A stretch of 64,000 bases of DNA. Source: Pavona decussata (Eukaryota). Made by a program: the position numbers and the translations under genes. Shown piece after piece: positions 48,484 through 62,300 of the stretch. The stretch covers positions 868,001 to 932,000 of the forward strand of contig CDRNST010000196.1 in assembly GCA_977016875.1 (NCBI GenBank), given 5' to 3'. Under the pieces are notes generated by a model that saw only the letters and a list, made by a program, of their open reading frames with translations, was not told the DNA's origin and did no database searches. Each line of letters starts with the position of its first letter. Within the stretch, counting starts at the first letter, position 1.

Positions 48484-50073
48484 CCATATGAAAGTTCAAA
48501 CTCAGTTGCCCAGGGACCGTATAATGTATACGAAGTGCCTATTGCAAAATAATGGGTAAATGAGATCAAGCATACCAGTATGCCTATGGTGTGCCTGTGT
48601 CACTTACTAAAAAATGCACCCTTCTCATTTTTTCACCATGCTTAAAATATTCCATCACATTTATTCCAACTTGGCCTTTATTTCACATCAGCTCCAAGAG
48701 TTTTAATTACTTCCAGTAGGCATAATAAGCTTTTGAACTTGACTGAGACCAATCACAAGAAATATAACCGTATCAGCGGGTAGATTTTCTACCAGTTCTG
48801 ATTGGTTCACCACGCTATTAAACATTCAACTTTATTGTGTCAGTGATGGATCACACGTGAGAATTCTCAGTAGCCGTGATTAGAAAAACGCTGTAATAAA
48901 CAATTTACTTAACCTTCCTAGCTCTACTCTTCTGCTGCACCCCCTCCCCTCTATATCCCCCGCCTCACCGCACTGCCCAGCAAGCTAGAGAAGACATTTT
49001 GTAACTATGTGGGCTCATACCTCAGCGAAAGAGCCTCAGGACTTTCGTGCGAGAATGGCACTGAGCCCCCGAATAATGGTTAATTCATAAACAATACAAA
49101 TTTAATCAGTACTCTTAGAAATGTAAGAAAATGCAACCAATATAATTGATTATTGATAGAATATGATTAAATGTAAACAGACATGCTTAAGAAATCATGG
49201 TGCTATTATCAGATGCAAAGCACATCAGTGAAAAAAAGAAAACTTCAAAAACGTGCCTTGTCGGTCTGGAGAATTCCCGATACGGTTAATCATATTTGGA
49301 AACCAAGAATTTTAATAACCCGCTAATATGATTACAGTTTTGTATTATCTTTAAACTAGTCCTAAATATTGTAACCAAGGGTACGTTCGATTTCAAAAGG
49401 CGTTGGTTGCAAAGGTAGCTGCAACAACAGAAAAAACTAAATGCTAACTATGGAGTTTTTTGGCTGTAACCCCAACAGGGTATGTTGAGTTAACTTTGCC
49501 CCTGTTTAAAAACGAGTCTCAGGTGCAAAACCCTTTATAAAAGTTGCGAATAACACACACAAAAATACTTTTATCACCTTAATTCTGGTAGTCCTACTAG
49601 CGCGATAAGCACAAGAACTATCAAATAAAAGATGGTTGTGACATATACACAAGCACAGGAAAAAGAGGCTTTCGTCTGAAATGTCAAGAAGTGGACAAAG
49701 CACACTGAACAAGCACAAGCCTACTTAACCATTGTGCGCTTGCATGTCTTCTTTTACTCCTAATAAAATTTATATTTGTGCTTATCGCATCTTGGGAACG
49801 TCTTCTTTTTTCACAAGTACGAAAGAGTCTAGCGACATCTTTTAAAACGAAGGCAATTTCCCTCTTCATGGTGAGACTGTCTAGTTCTTTTCACAAGGAA
49901 AAAGAAATCCCGCCTGTTGATTTCTTCAATTGATTGACTTGATTAATACAATAGTTCCAGTTCGGCTAGAATGCCCTCTAAGTTCAGCGAAATATGGCGT
50001 GCCATCGTCATCTAATCATAAATGATGCCTCCAAAGACCATCAAAGGCTATATACACAAATGTAAAAACTAAT

Positions 50074-50331
50074 TCATATAGATACGTCTTTATCCAGCTC
50101 GAAAACCAAGTAAGATTGCTGTAGGGCATCCTTTCCTATATGGCCACCACCGAGTTTGTCCACAAGTTTCTGTAGAAGGACTTTTTTGCGTTGTAGCTTC
50201 TCCTGTGAACGAGACGCCGATTTCAGTTTTCCTTCGAGATTCACATTCTGTTGTGTTAGATCGGTGTTCTCACCGTACAGCCGGTGGATTATCTTCTCGC
50301 ACGTTTTGAGCTGCGTGTCTGCAGTCTCCAT
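50074..50331 (-). CDS. Ninein-like gene, last coding exon
   Basis: TAG acceptor, then METADTQLKTCEKIIHRLYGEN...DKDVSI*. Confidence 0.82.
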   Translation of the reverse strand: METADTQLKTCEKIIHRLYGENTDLTQQNVNLEGKLKSASRSQEKLQRKKVLLQKLVDKLGGGHIGKDALQQSYLVFELDKDVSI

Positions 50332-53300
50332 CTACAACAAAACAAAAACGAAGGATGGTGACGGTACATTTATCATGAAGCTATGTGTGGTAATCCGGGG
50401 CACAATACAGCTTATTTCGGTCTATATCATATCTGCCAGGATGGCTTTAGTTAATTGTCTCACAAATTTGAATTTAGCCGCAGTTTCACGGGTTTAACGA
50501 GAAGAGTTCTGTAAGAGGTGTTCAAACTGGGTCATCTCTTATCTTTGTAATTTGAGGGTGATTACCACTTAAGCAACCAAGTTTGTAATTATCCGTAAAC
50601 ACTATTGTTTTTTTTTTCTACCTTTATTCAAACTGCGTATCCCTTATCCCCATAATAATCTTTGTAGTTATTCTTTATCCCAAATATTAATTTATTTTAT
50701 TGTTTATCCCTTATCTCAGTTTGGCTCAAGACCTTGAGAAGAGCCCGCGGTCTTCTCAAGCCAAGGAGGTTCATAGAGAGGGGTGGGGGCTTTTATATAA
50801 TAATTAGCCTAAATTATATATGTGGGGGCTTATATATAATAATTAACCTAAATTAGCTTAATTTTATAACATTTTACCACCGAACTAACAATAATGGGTT
50901 TTAAATCACGAACTGATATTTTTACCTAAGCACAATCTGAGTTCTGCATATTGAAGGCTAAAACAAGCTGACGACTGATGTTTTCAACATAGGTACGCAA
51001 GTACGTGTACAAAAGCACCTAATGACAAAAATTTAAGCAAAATACAGTCGGGGCCCTCTTTGCCACCACTTTCGTAAGCGACCAGCTGCAGTTACGACCA
51101 CCATTTTGAAACACTGTTTGAATTGTCACTCAAACTCTGTAATCAATAGCTCTCGTAAGCAACCACTCCCTTAAGCCACCGCGACCACTTTTGGGAATTA
51201 CTAACTGGTCCGTTTCCTTTGTTTTTAAGCTCTCGTAAGGGACCACTCAAAGATTTTGATACCTATTACGGCAACTCCGCTCTACTTTTTGATGACATTT
51301 ACAGTAATATAGCACTGCCTAATAATGTTCGCAGATCATGAGATTTCGAATCTAAAATTCAAGATGATTTAATGCTGGATCAAGAGTGTCACCCTGAGAC
51401 CGAGGTAGAAAGCTTTATGCTAAAAGCTCTGGTAAATGATCAGCTTCTATTATTTCAGCTTTTGGTCGCTTACGAGATTGCATTATCGTATGAAGCGACC
51501 AGCTCTTGTTACGACCACTTGTTTCAATTCCCGAGGTGGTCACTTACGAGAGCTTCGACTGTACTTTGAATTTTGTCTACGTAAGCTTCAGTACCTACAT
51601 TTTATATGATGTTTTTCGTTTACAATCGACAGCAACGGATCACCTACTAATGTGGAAAATTTTGCTAATTTTGCACTTGCCAAATACTATTAGCAAATCT
51701 CTCACCTGTGCTCTCAGCTGGCTGGCATACTCCCGAGCTAGCGTGGCTTCACTATCTGATCCAACTCTATCTTTTTCCAGCTTGACTGAGGGGGAAGTCA
51801 TGTACTCCTTCGTGTTCTTATGATCAAACTCTGTCTGCAATTAACAAAAGAAAGTATGAAATTTTAAGTGAACTTTTTAGCTGTTGCTCTTTTCGATCCC
51901 CCCAGGAATAGTCATACGGCAACTTTTTCATTATTGATAGGGCGTCGGCATTTTCGCCTTAGTAAGCTTGTCACTGTTTGTAATGTTTTGCCGGCTATTG
52001 CTGTTGTTCAGTGAGCTCGTGAAGATGGGCGAAAAAAATAATGTTGAGTGGCAACGCCAGGCATGGGTATTGTACACACTCGTGTCTTCATTGCTCTTGT
52101 CTCTCCCAGAAAATCTGCTCCGCCTGATATAAATTATCAAATGTGGCATAGAGGAGTGCGTGACAAGGTTCTAATAGAGTCATGCTGTCTTAGCCGAGTC
52201 TTAGCCGCGGATTGCGTGAGTTTGTTACCAGTCCTTGCCGGCCAGTTCTTGCCCGGGAAAGTTTAGAAAACAAAATGGTGGACAAAAGCACGAGTTTCTT
52301 CGTTTCTGGCTCCTGTTATGCGTTTGCCAGGTAGCATTAGTGTATCATGAGCAGACGGCTCGCAAATCTAAACAATGGACAATGTCGAACTTCCTGGGGT
52401 ACTTATGACCGAAAAATGATCATGAGGAGTGTATTTTCAGGTAAGACCACAGAACACTCAAAACTGCACATGTTCAATCTCTCTTGCTTCGTTTTCCCCT
52501 TTCACACCCTTCAGCTAAATGCTGTCAATAGTCTTCGTGCGATTCTCACGATTTAGACTGTAATTACGTAATCCGTCGTTTTGGTAGTGTGAATTTAGTC
52601 GCAGGAAGTCAGGGACTAGGGTTTCAACAGCGGTACTGAGATACGAGAGAACGACCAGAAATTTGACAAGGCATGTCCTTGGCAATTTTCAATCAATTCA
52701 AACAACTGCAAGTCACAAAGAAAATCTTTGGTTCCCACAATCACATGTTATGCGTCAACCAATTCCAGGGGTACCCGTAAACCAAACCACCCATCCCCCC
52801 CCCCCCCCTTCCTTTTCCCTCCGGGCATTAACATTTTTTGAAAATAAACTGGCAAATGCCCTGTAGTGGGGAGAAACTAGCTAGTCAAATTCCCCACGAG
52901 GCAGTTAAAAGGAATGCCAGTTATTCATTTCTGGGCTTACTTTTATTGGACTAATAAATGCTTATTCACACTGGTCAAACTACAAAGTCTTGGATAAGAA
53001 TCTCATTTCTCAGTACTGTGGCAGTGACCATTCATTCTTTTGATCTTCCATCTCATTTTTGTCTTCCTTACACTCAAACTCAACCCAACTGTAACTCACA
53101 CATGAAAGGATATGCGTGTTAATAAATTCACATCCAGTCACAAGTTGTTACAGCCAAATGTAGAAATTCTGGCTGATTTTCCTTTTTGTTTGTATTTGGA
53201 CAAAGATGAAGTTAAATACATGTAATTGTCACATGTACATGAAAAGGAGAAAAAAACTGAGCATAATTTCCACATATGGATGGAACAACTAATGTAAGCG

Positions 53301-56300
53301 TGGTCTGCAAGACTTTACATGTTACTTTTTGTACAAATGTAACTAAGAAAATTTGAAAATTTTACTGTGCATAATTTCAAAAAAAAATGAAAAGCCTAAA
53401 GTTCAAAACCAAACCATTGATTGTTGTTTACTGCTCTCAGTAAGAACTATGGCAACATGCAACTGATCACCAAAAATACAGGAAATGGCCAAAAATTTTG
53501 GTCAATATTATCTCCCAACCAGGACAAACAGTACACAAAAATAACTTTTCATTCCCACTGAGCTATATGCATCTTTTGTTTTCCAAGACGACTGCTACAA
53601 TGATTGAGGACAGCAAAAAACATACAGTAACTGTTCAATCGAGTGTCGAACTGCAGGGTTCATGTGTTATTGAAAAGCACAGTAATGTTCACAAGCAGTC
53701 CAGATGATAATTTTTAGAAAATTAAATTTTGCAGATTGTAAAATTTAATTGTTCCGAACTGTACACAGCAAAAAAATGATAAAGCTCCTAAAGCTCTGTT
53801 GATATCTTTTATTATTATTTACTGACTTTCATTTATTTAATTTACCTTCTCTTGTAGATTTGCAATTTGACGTTCAATTTCTTCCATAATTTCCTTGTTG
53901 CTGTGTTCACCCATCATCATGAAATAAGACAGCTTCTGGTAAAATTCTTGAAGCGTGTCATCTTGCCTGTTGCTGTAGAAGCCATGGAATGATGGATTCT
54001 GAAGCAAAAATAAAGACATTGTTGAAAGGTGAGATTCTCATTTTATTTTGAATTTAAAAAAGACAAGATTGGGAATGTGTCCAAAGTGATTTTTTTTGCA
54101 TGAGTGAATTTCTTAGAAAACATGTATATTGATCATATACAGCAAACCCAAATTTCCTATAGTCGCTGATGCAGCCATTATTTTTAGGGTCATCATAGGG
54201 AGAAGTATTGTATGATGGCCAAAAGAATGGCTGTATCAGATACTAAATTTCCCAGAGGGTACTCCCAAAAACATAAGGTAGTGGTAAGTGTGGACTAGAA
54301 AGAGGGTGAAAGATGGGATTTTTTTTAGACATTTTGATCTTAAAAGGGGAATGGATTTGAACCATTTTGACCTGACTGATATGGGGTAATTTCATGTCTT
54401 GCCTGGATCCATACTGGTGGTGATGTGTGTATTGGTGGAAAGCTCTCCCTGCCTATATTTCCTATTGACAAATTGAAAGCAATGTGCAGTTCCGAAAAAT
54501 ATCGATACCCACCCCAAGGAAGGTCATTGGAAATTCCAAGGGGGAAGAGTGTGCGTGTGTGAAAGGGGTAGGGGGAGACTCAAAGGGGGTCTTGAAAGTC
54601 AAACTTTTTTATGTACAGTCCTACATGTTTGAAGCTAAACTGGAAATTCCAGTGTGGAGGGAGGGTTCAAACCAAAAAAACCTTCCATAGGGGAGCTACA
54701 GTGTATGGTTTCTGGAACCTCACAATGCCAATTTGGGGTTCAAGCTTGGCTAATGTGCATTTCTCCTATTGGTTTGAATAAAGGGTAAACATTTTGACCA
54801 CTTTAAGTCTGAAGAAGGGTTTAAGCCAGGGCACATTCTTTGGTGTGAAATAAAATTTGTGGTTTCATTCTCTTAGCTTCTCTTGGTAGTGCATTTCCAC
54901 CAAGGAATAACCACCCCCACCCCTCTCCCCAGGGTCTGATTTACAGTGTATGCTGTCCTTAATATAAATGCATGTCATCCATCCATGCTACAAAATGTAA
55001 AGGAGAATTTAAATGCTGACTTCTCTTACCTTCTCATTTAAAGCACTAATTTCTCGCCTGTGACTGATTTCCTGGAGTTCCAACTTCTGTTTCATATTTT
55101 CAAGTTGCCACTCTAGAAGACTCACTTTCTGTTCCAATTCAGCCTTTTTCTGCCTCAGTTCTCGAATTTGCTCCTCGTATTCTTGGATTAAAGCATCTTT
55201 CTTATCCTGTAATCAAAAAGAGGAGCTTGAATTAGTTAGTTAGTTAGTTCTCTCCGCGCCATGAGGCGCATAAGGCTGCAACTTTCTTTTTCCAACCAGT
55301 GGAGCTTGAATTAATTTACATATTTGTTGTTGACTGCTGCTGTTTTTATTTTTTTGTCAGACTAATTTATGCAACTGAAAAACTTGATCCAACTACATTA
55401 TTTCTCATCCTTTTATCCACTGCTTGAATGAGATTCATGATTTCAGCTGTACTAGCTACACAGACCATATTGCGCTTCCTGTATGTTAAACCACTGCTGA
55501 TCAGTGGTCATTCTTCCTTTGCTCTTTCATTTTAAAACTTAGAACTCACTTTAAAATGAATCCATCAAGTCCATAACACTGATATGTAACTTCCAACAGG
55601 CATTGGGAATTGAGTTCCAGTAATGCTTTACAGTGCGACATGCTTACCGTAGCCACCCAACAAACTTGTTTTACAAGTTAGCCAATCAGGATATACAAAA
55701 TTGATTAACGGTCACGTCTCCTTGCAAAGTCCAACAGGCAAGTGATGCAACAATGAATTATTGAAAACATGTTGCTTTGTATTTTATGGCTAACTTGTAA
55801 AAAAAAAAAGAAAAGTTTTTTAGGTGGCCATTATTAGTAAGGCGCATCGCATTGCAAAACACTTCCATTCCTTCTAGCGATGAAATTTATTGGGATATTC
55901 ATAGGGGTTTTTACATGTTGGATGTACAGAACAATAAAGATTACTTGCTGATTATTGTAGTTTATTTAGTACCACCAACATAATTGTAAATTAGTGCCGT
56001 GAAACTCCTTTAGGGGTTGTACCGATAATACTGAAAAATTGTATTTTTGAATGTAAATATATGAAACATATATTTGGAAACATATATTGTATATATGTTT
56101 GTCCCATGAACGTAGTTTAAAGGCCTTAGCTCCCACGAGTCTCCTGTAGCTCAGTGGTAGAGCATCTGAACTAGTAATCGTAAGGTCTTAAGTTCGACTC
56201 CTGATAGGAGCACTCGGATTTCTTTTTTCCTGAGTATGCCTATGTCACTTTCTAGAATAATTCATCATTTTCATTCATTCACCAGGCTGGAAATATACGA

Positions 56301-59300
56301 TCACATTTATTTCATATATTGTATTGTATTGTATTGTATTGTATTGTATTGTATTGTATTGTATTGTATTGTATTGTATTGTATTGTATTGTATTGTATT
56401 GTATTGTATTGTATAATGCATTGTAAAGGAGCCACAAAATACGTGGGTCCAAAACTTCACACCAACAGTTTGTTCCTTCTCTTTTTAATTTGCTAAGGCC
56501 TTGTATTGTTTAGTTGCTCTATTTAATGTTTTTTTTAAACAAACTTAGGGAAAGCAAAGTAATTGACTTCAATACCTCCGTGGTGGTCGTTGTAACGTTG
56601 AAATCCACATCAGTGTCAGTACCAACGCCATAACCATTCATCTGCTCCGTTCTCAGTTCATCGGTTGGACGGCTTCGATGTATCGTCTCCAAAATAGTTT
56701 TTCTGTTTTCCAAACCCGTCACTTCTGTCTGGAGTCTTGTCAGCTCTGTCCTCATGTCACCGATTTGGCTTTCCAACTCGCTTCTCTCTCTATTCAGCGA
56801 GATCACATCATTATCTACTTTAACAGTGTCAGCAAGAACGACTGGACTATTCAAAGGAGTCGATGTTGCGAGTACTTGAGATGAATCAATATAAGGATGA
56901 TATGAGTTAGAGATGTTGACTGAAGTTTCAGAATTGTAAGAAGTGAGTTGATACCTATTGTATGAAAGCGAATCGCAACGATTTAAAGTATCGGCCTCTT
57001 CTATCCTGCCATATCCAGAAAATCCGCGATCTCCGGACCTCTTTTGATCATCTGTCAAATGCACATGGCCCCTCCCATTTCTCGCGTCATATTGTTCTGG
57101 TTTAGGATTATGATCTTCCATTACAAGTTGTCTTCTTTTGATTTCTAAATCACGAATGTCGATCTCCACTTGGGATTTTTGCTGTCGTAACTTCTGTAAT
57201 TCGTCTTCTTCTTGATTCTTGAGCGTTTGAATCGTTTCTATCTCTGTCTGCAGGTCTTGTTTGACCTTCTCCAACTGTTCCTAAGAATCACGAGAAAAAA
57301 GATTAGTTGTGTTTAATTTGTCTTTTGGAGCAAAGCTGGCGTCGTAATTTTATACAAAAAGTTCTCCTGGGAAGTTTTTTTTCTTTAGTTATTTGCGCTG
57401 AATTATAACTGAAGCACTCCCTAAACAACGTCGAAGTATACGCGAATTAAAAAGTGGTAAAGGCAAATTCACGCGTAACCGCATGCAAATTTTCACATTA
57501 ATTTTGACCAGTTAATACCATTCGTACAGTGTGGTTAACACAACTGCCGGATAGAAAATACCAAAAATCCAACCCAGACTTAGTGAAAAAGTTATTTGTC
57601 GCCTTCTTAATGTTACCTTTTACTATGTGCTATCAGCGAATAGCACATGGATTCGCATAAATAAAAACAATCAACAATTTTTCCACGAACTCGACTCGTA
57701 TACAAGCTCATAGTTTTATTATATAGGCAACTGTTATATCTTAAAAAGTGTTATTAACTTGCCTAAAAGAGCATTTCCGTTAAAAGAAACTTTTGCACTC
57801 GAGCCGGACATTTGTCCGCAGATAATGTCTGTTTTCAGATTTAGCGACAAGTTTTCCGAGAGCAAAGCCCAAGGAAGGTTGTAAGCCTCGAAGGCAAATC
57901 TTTTTTTAACTAAATAAAGGTTACTGGGTTTACTATCTTTCAGGTAGGATGTTGATTTTTCAATGTTATTCGGCCCCGCGTTTTTTTATACCCTCGTCTG
58001 TTCCAATAACAATTACTCTTGTATCGTGAAGTTTCCAGCAATGCCTTTCATGTCACTGAAGCAGACAAAGTTTTGAAATCTGGGAAATGTAACTTGAGGC
58101 ATATTTCATCACGGGATAGATGTTGACCAATCGCAGGTCAAGCCAATCAGAGCGCGCGGCTGCTCACATGAACAATTATTCTCCGAAGTGGAGGTGGATA
58201 GTGGCAGATATCGAGCAAAATATCTACCACTGTTCAGCGACAGTAAGGTGAATAATTGTTTTAGTATATACCAAACAGGTGGATAACCAGCCTAAAAACT
58301 AGTCATTTTGTTTGTGACAAATTGGCGAAACAATCGCGCACAAATGTGTAGACAATGCTGGGAGGTGAAGAGCGTATACTGTCCGGAGTTTGAGAAGCCT
58401 ATCAGAATTGATATTTACCAATGACCATTATTGGATCACTGAATACTACAATTTCAGGCGTTTGATTGGCTAAGCGGCCATGAGATATCAGCAATTATTA
58501 TGCCCGAGAAATACCTGCCATTAAATCGTCTTCTGCTCTTTCTTTCAAAATAAAATAAACAAAGATCCAGCAAGAGTTAGTGGTTGTTTATAATAAAACA
58601 ACTATTCCACCCTTGTTTGTTGAATATGGGACGATTATAGCCAACGCGCTAAGCGCATCGTTGGGTAGCTATCATTTCAAATCCAACGTGCACTCGTAGA
58701 ATAATTGTTAAATCTCTGCTACATTATGGGGTTACCTGTGTAGGCGATGTGCCATCTGTTGTGAGTAGCCATCTATCTTGAACATCTGTTTTTACAATGT
58801 CCAGGTTACGATTTTGATTTTCTTTGTGGTCCATCCGTAATTCGGTCAAGTGGATCTGTATTTCTGATTTTTCCCGGCGAAGTTCTTGGACCTCCTTCTC
58901 GTCACGTTCTTTGGTCGTTTGGATCATCGTTATCTCTACTTCTAGATCTTCCTTTTGCCTTTTCAACCTTTCCAGGAGTTCGGTCATTTCGCTGAGATTT
59001 GTCTGCAAACCAGTTGTCACGCTTGTTCTCTTTCCCCAGGAATCATCACTAACTGAAATTTCAGCTTCTAGTCTGCCTTTGTCGCTCTGCAAATGGGACA
59101 CATCTTTCTCCAAGTCAGCTTTTTCCCTCCTTAGTTTATCGACTTCACTTTCATCTCTTTGTCGCTGATCTTTTAACGCACATGTTTCATCCTCAAGTAT
59201 GCGCTTGTTTGTTTGCAAACCGAATACGTCGTTTTCCAATTCAGTTTTTTCAGCTTCAAGTCTGCGAGTTTCGCTCTGCAAACTAAACGCATCCTTTTCG

Positions 59301-62300
59301 CTCCTTAGTGTTTCCACATCATTGTCATATATTTGTCTTTCATCTCTTGGCACAGATCCTTCATCGTCCAGTGTCGGGGTTTGGCTTTGCAGAGCCTTGA
59401 TCTGCAAACTAAACACGTCTTTCTCCAGATCAGCTTTCTCCCTCCGTAGTCTGTCCACTTCATTCTCGTCTTTATGTCTCTCGTCTTTCAACACAGATCC
59501 TTCAGCTTTTAATCTGGTGTTTTGGCTCTGCAAGGCTGTCATCTGCAACTCAAGATCCATTCTTTCTTTTCTCAGACTGTTTAGCTCGTTTTCCTCTCGT
59601 CTTGAGTCTTCTTGCACGAAAGAAATCTCAGCCTCTAGCTCCATTTTGGTTTTGCGGAGAACCGCAATCTCCCGCTCAAGCTCTACGCGGATCATCTTCA
59701 GCTCCGAAATCTCCCTCTCATCCATCTCTATGGATTCTTTGGAGAAGTGAACGGTGTTTGTGGAGAGTTCTGTTTGAAGAAGTGTGAACTGCTTCTTCAA
59801 ATTTGTCAGCTCCGTTCGAAGTGCGTCTCTTTCTCGGTGCAAATCATCAAGTTGCTGGTAGGCACTTTTGTCTGCTTTAGTTCTTTCAGCCCTGCGTCGA
59901 GGACTGTGTTGTTGCACTCTTCTTTTCCCATCTCTCTCTTGTATCTCTTGTATTTCCTTATCTTTCTTGACATTTTCAATCGCTTTTTCAACGCTGTGTT
60001 TTTCAAACTTCATCGACTTGACCTCTTGCTCTAAACTACTTCGCTCATCACTTAAATTGCCAACTTGCTCTTTCAAGCTCTCTATCTCCCTCTGATACTG
60101 GGACACTTTGCTCTCTAGCCCAACCTGTTCCTTCTTCAGCGAAGCTATTCTCCTTTCCAAGTCATCTTTTTGTTTCTGGAGAACCCAACGGGCCTCTCCT
60201 TCTTCTTCCTCTTTAACATTATCTGCCTGTTGGTGTAACACCTTGCGCCGATATTCCAGCTGGCTATGCAAATCTTTCTCAAGGTCTGCCTTTTCGTCGC
60301 TCAATCTTCTTATAACGCTCTCTAAATCTTTCCGTTGCTTTGTTAAGTCTGATACTATCTTTCGCATTTCACTTGCACTTCTCTTTTGGTCTGTGTCATA
60401 GTCGCCTTCCCTATCATGAAAACCTGAGTTGTCCTGCGACTGATACTGGATCTCGGTAACACGCGGCGCGATGTCCTGTTGCGCGACTCGTGGAGAAATG
60501 TTATCGCGCGTAACGCGTTCGTGTTCATGTTTGTGAAGAAGAGTGCGGGAATTTCCCTGTTGATCATTGTACTGTCTGTGTACTTCTATCTCAAATGTAG
60601 AGTTGTGCCGTCTTAGAATGGAAATCTCATGTTCTAGTTCAACCTTTTCTCTTTTCATAGCCGACATCGAGTCTTCTAAGTCGCTTTGCTTTCTTTTTAA
60701 AGCCGGTATGAGTTCTTCAAGTTCTGCTTTGTCTTTTTTCAGCGATGCGACTTGGTTGTCGGAGTCTGTTTTGTCTCGTTTCAATGCAGATATTTCATCC
60801 TCGACCTCCAGCTTTTTGCGTCTTAAACTAGCAAGTTCGTCTTCTAGTTCGTCGTTTTTCCGCTGTAATGAGGACAGGCGACTTTCAAGGTCGTGCTTGT
60901 CTCGCTGCAAGGAGCTCACCTCGCCTTCCTTTCTTTTCATACTCTCTTGTACCGAAGTCAATTCGCTGTCATTGCGGCCGAAGCCTCTGAACTGTTCCGC
61001 AGTGGTAGACAAATGTCTCCTCAGATTCACTATCTCGTCTTCCAGGTCGCCTTTTTCGCGCCTCATTGCAGAAAGAGTCATTTCTAGTTGTTGATTCTCA
61101 AACTTGACGCCTGCTAGTTCGTTCTCTTTCTCCCTGATCATCTCCTTTAGTTTCACGCTGCCATCTTGAACTGCTCCTGAGATCCTGCCGTCGTTCATTT
61201 CCATCAAGCGCCTCTCTTTACTCTTTAAATTCTCTTCCAGATTTATTTTGTCTCTAAGCAGCATTTCCCGTTCCTGGCGAAGGGCAGCCATTTGCATTTC
61301 AAGATCATCAAATTTAGCCTGAATTATTAACACGTCTCGTTCATGGTGTCGGAAAGTGTCATCTTGAGTAGTTTTCTCCAACATAAAGTTTTGAGAAAGC
61401 TCTTTCTGAACTTGAACCCGAATCTCTTCTCTTTCGCTGATGATCTTTCTTCGCATGTCTTCTCTCTCCATTTCTAGTTGCCTCTGAAGTTCGACCCGCC
61501 TTTCAGCAAAATTTATTTCCATCTGTTCGTTCTCTTGTTTAAGAAGCGCTATTTCCTCGCTTAATTCTTGAATAGTCTCCTCTAGTCCTCCCTTTTCTCT
61601 CACAAGTCCCAGCTGGTATCTCTCTTCAAGTTTTACCTTTAAGGCTCTTTTCTCCTCAGACTGTCTTTGCTCCATTTCTGTTATCTCCTCTTCAAATCTC
61701 TCTTCTAATTTCCTCCTTTCTTCTTTACCTCGCCTCTCTACATCTTTCTTTTCCTTTTCCATGTTTTCCAAATCCTCCTTCAACTTGATGTTGAGAGTTT
61801 TAAGCAATGAGGTTTCATTTTCGAGTCGCATCATAAATTCCGTCTCGAAGTTTGCTTTCAGCGAATTCCTCTGTTCCAGGAAGGCTTGTTCCATTTCCTT
61901 TATTTCTTTTTCAAACTTACTCATTATAATTTCTTTCTCCTGATTCAGATTTTCATTTAGCTCCTTCAACTGCATCGTTAACTTTGAAATATCGGTCTGC
62001 AAATCCGAAATGTTCTCTTCGTAATTTTCCCTTTGTTTTTCAAGTTCTCCACTGTGTTTTTCCTCTAGCTTTCTTCTTGTATCGTAAATTAACTGTATGT
62101 TTCGCTTTTCTGTTTCATTTTTCTCCCTTTCTGCAGTCATCTCCCATTTTTCCTTTTCGTGCCTCAATCGATTCTCCGTTTCTCGTTTCTGCCACTGAAG
62201 CTCAGAAATCGTTGTCTTCAAATCAGCTATAGTTGCCTCATACTTCATCCGTTCTTGCTCCAGTTTGCGATGACAATCTTCCTCGAGTTTTCGTTTCAGC

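Noticed and set aside
51070-51550. Recurring TCGTAAGCGACC motifs as a CRISPR-like array
   Set aside because: Irregular spacing, both orientations, inside TA-flanked TIRs; eukaryotic context with no cas genes.
51931-52149. ORF in the ninein-like intron as an alternative exon
   Set aside because: The acceptor at ~52124 gives AEQIFWERQEQ* in the phase supplied by the upstream exon; the longer frame is phase-incompatible and has no recognisable homology.
56139-56212. Functional tRNA-Thr gene
   Set aside because: Anticodon and T stems are mismatched, and it continues into a SINE-like body and tail.
56236-56496. YCIVL / YNTIQ repeat proteins
   Set aside because: Translations of the (GTATT)n microsatellite.
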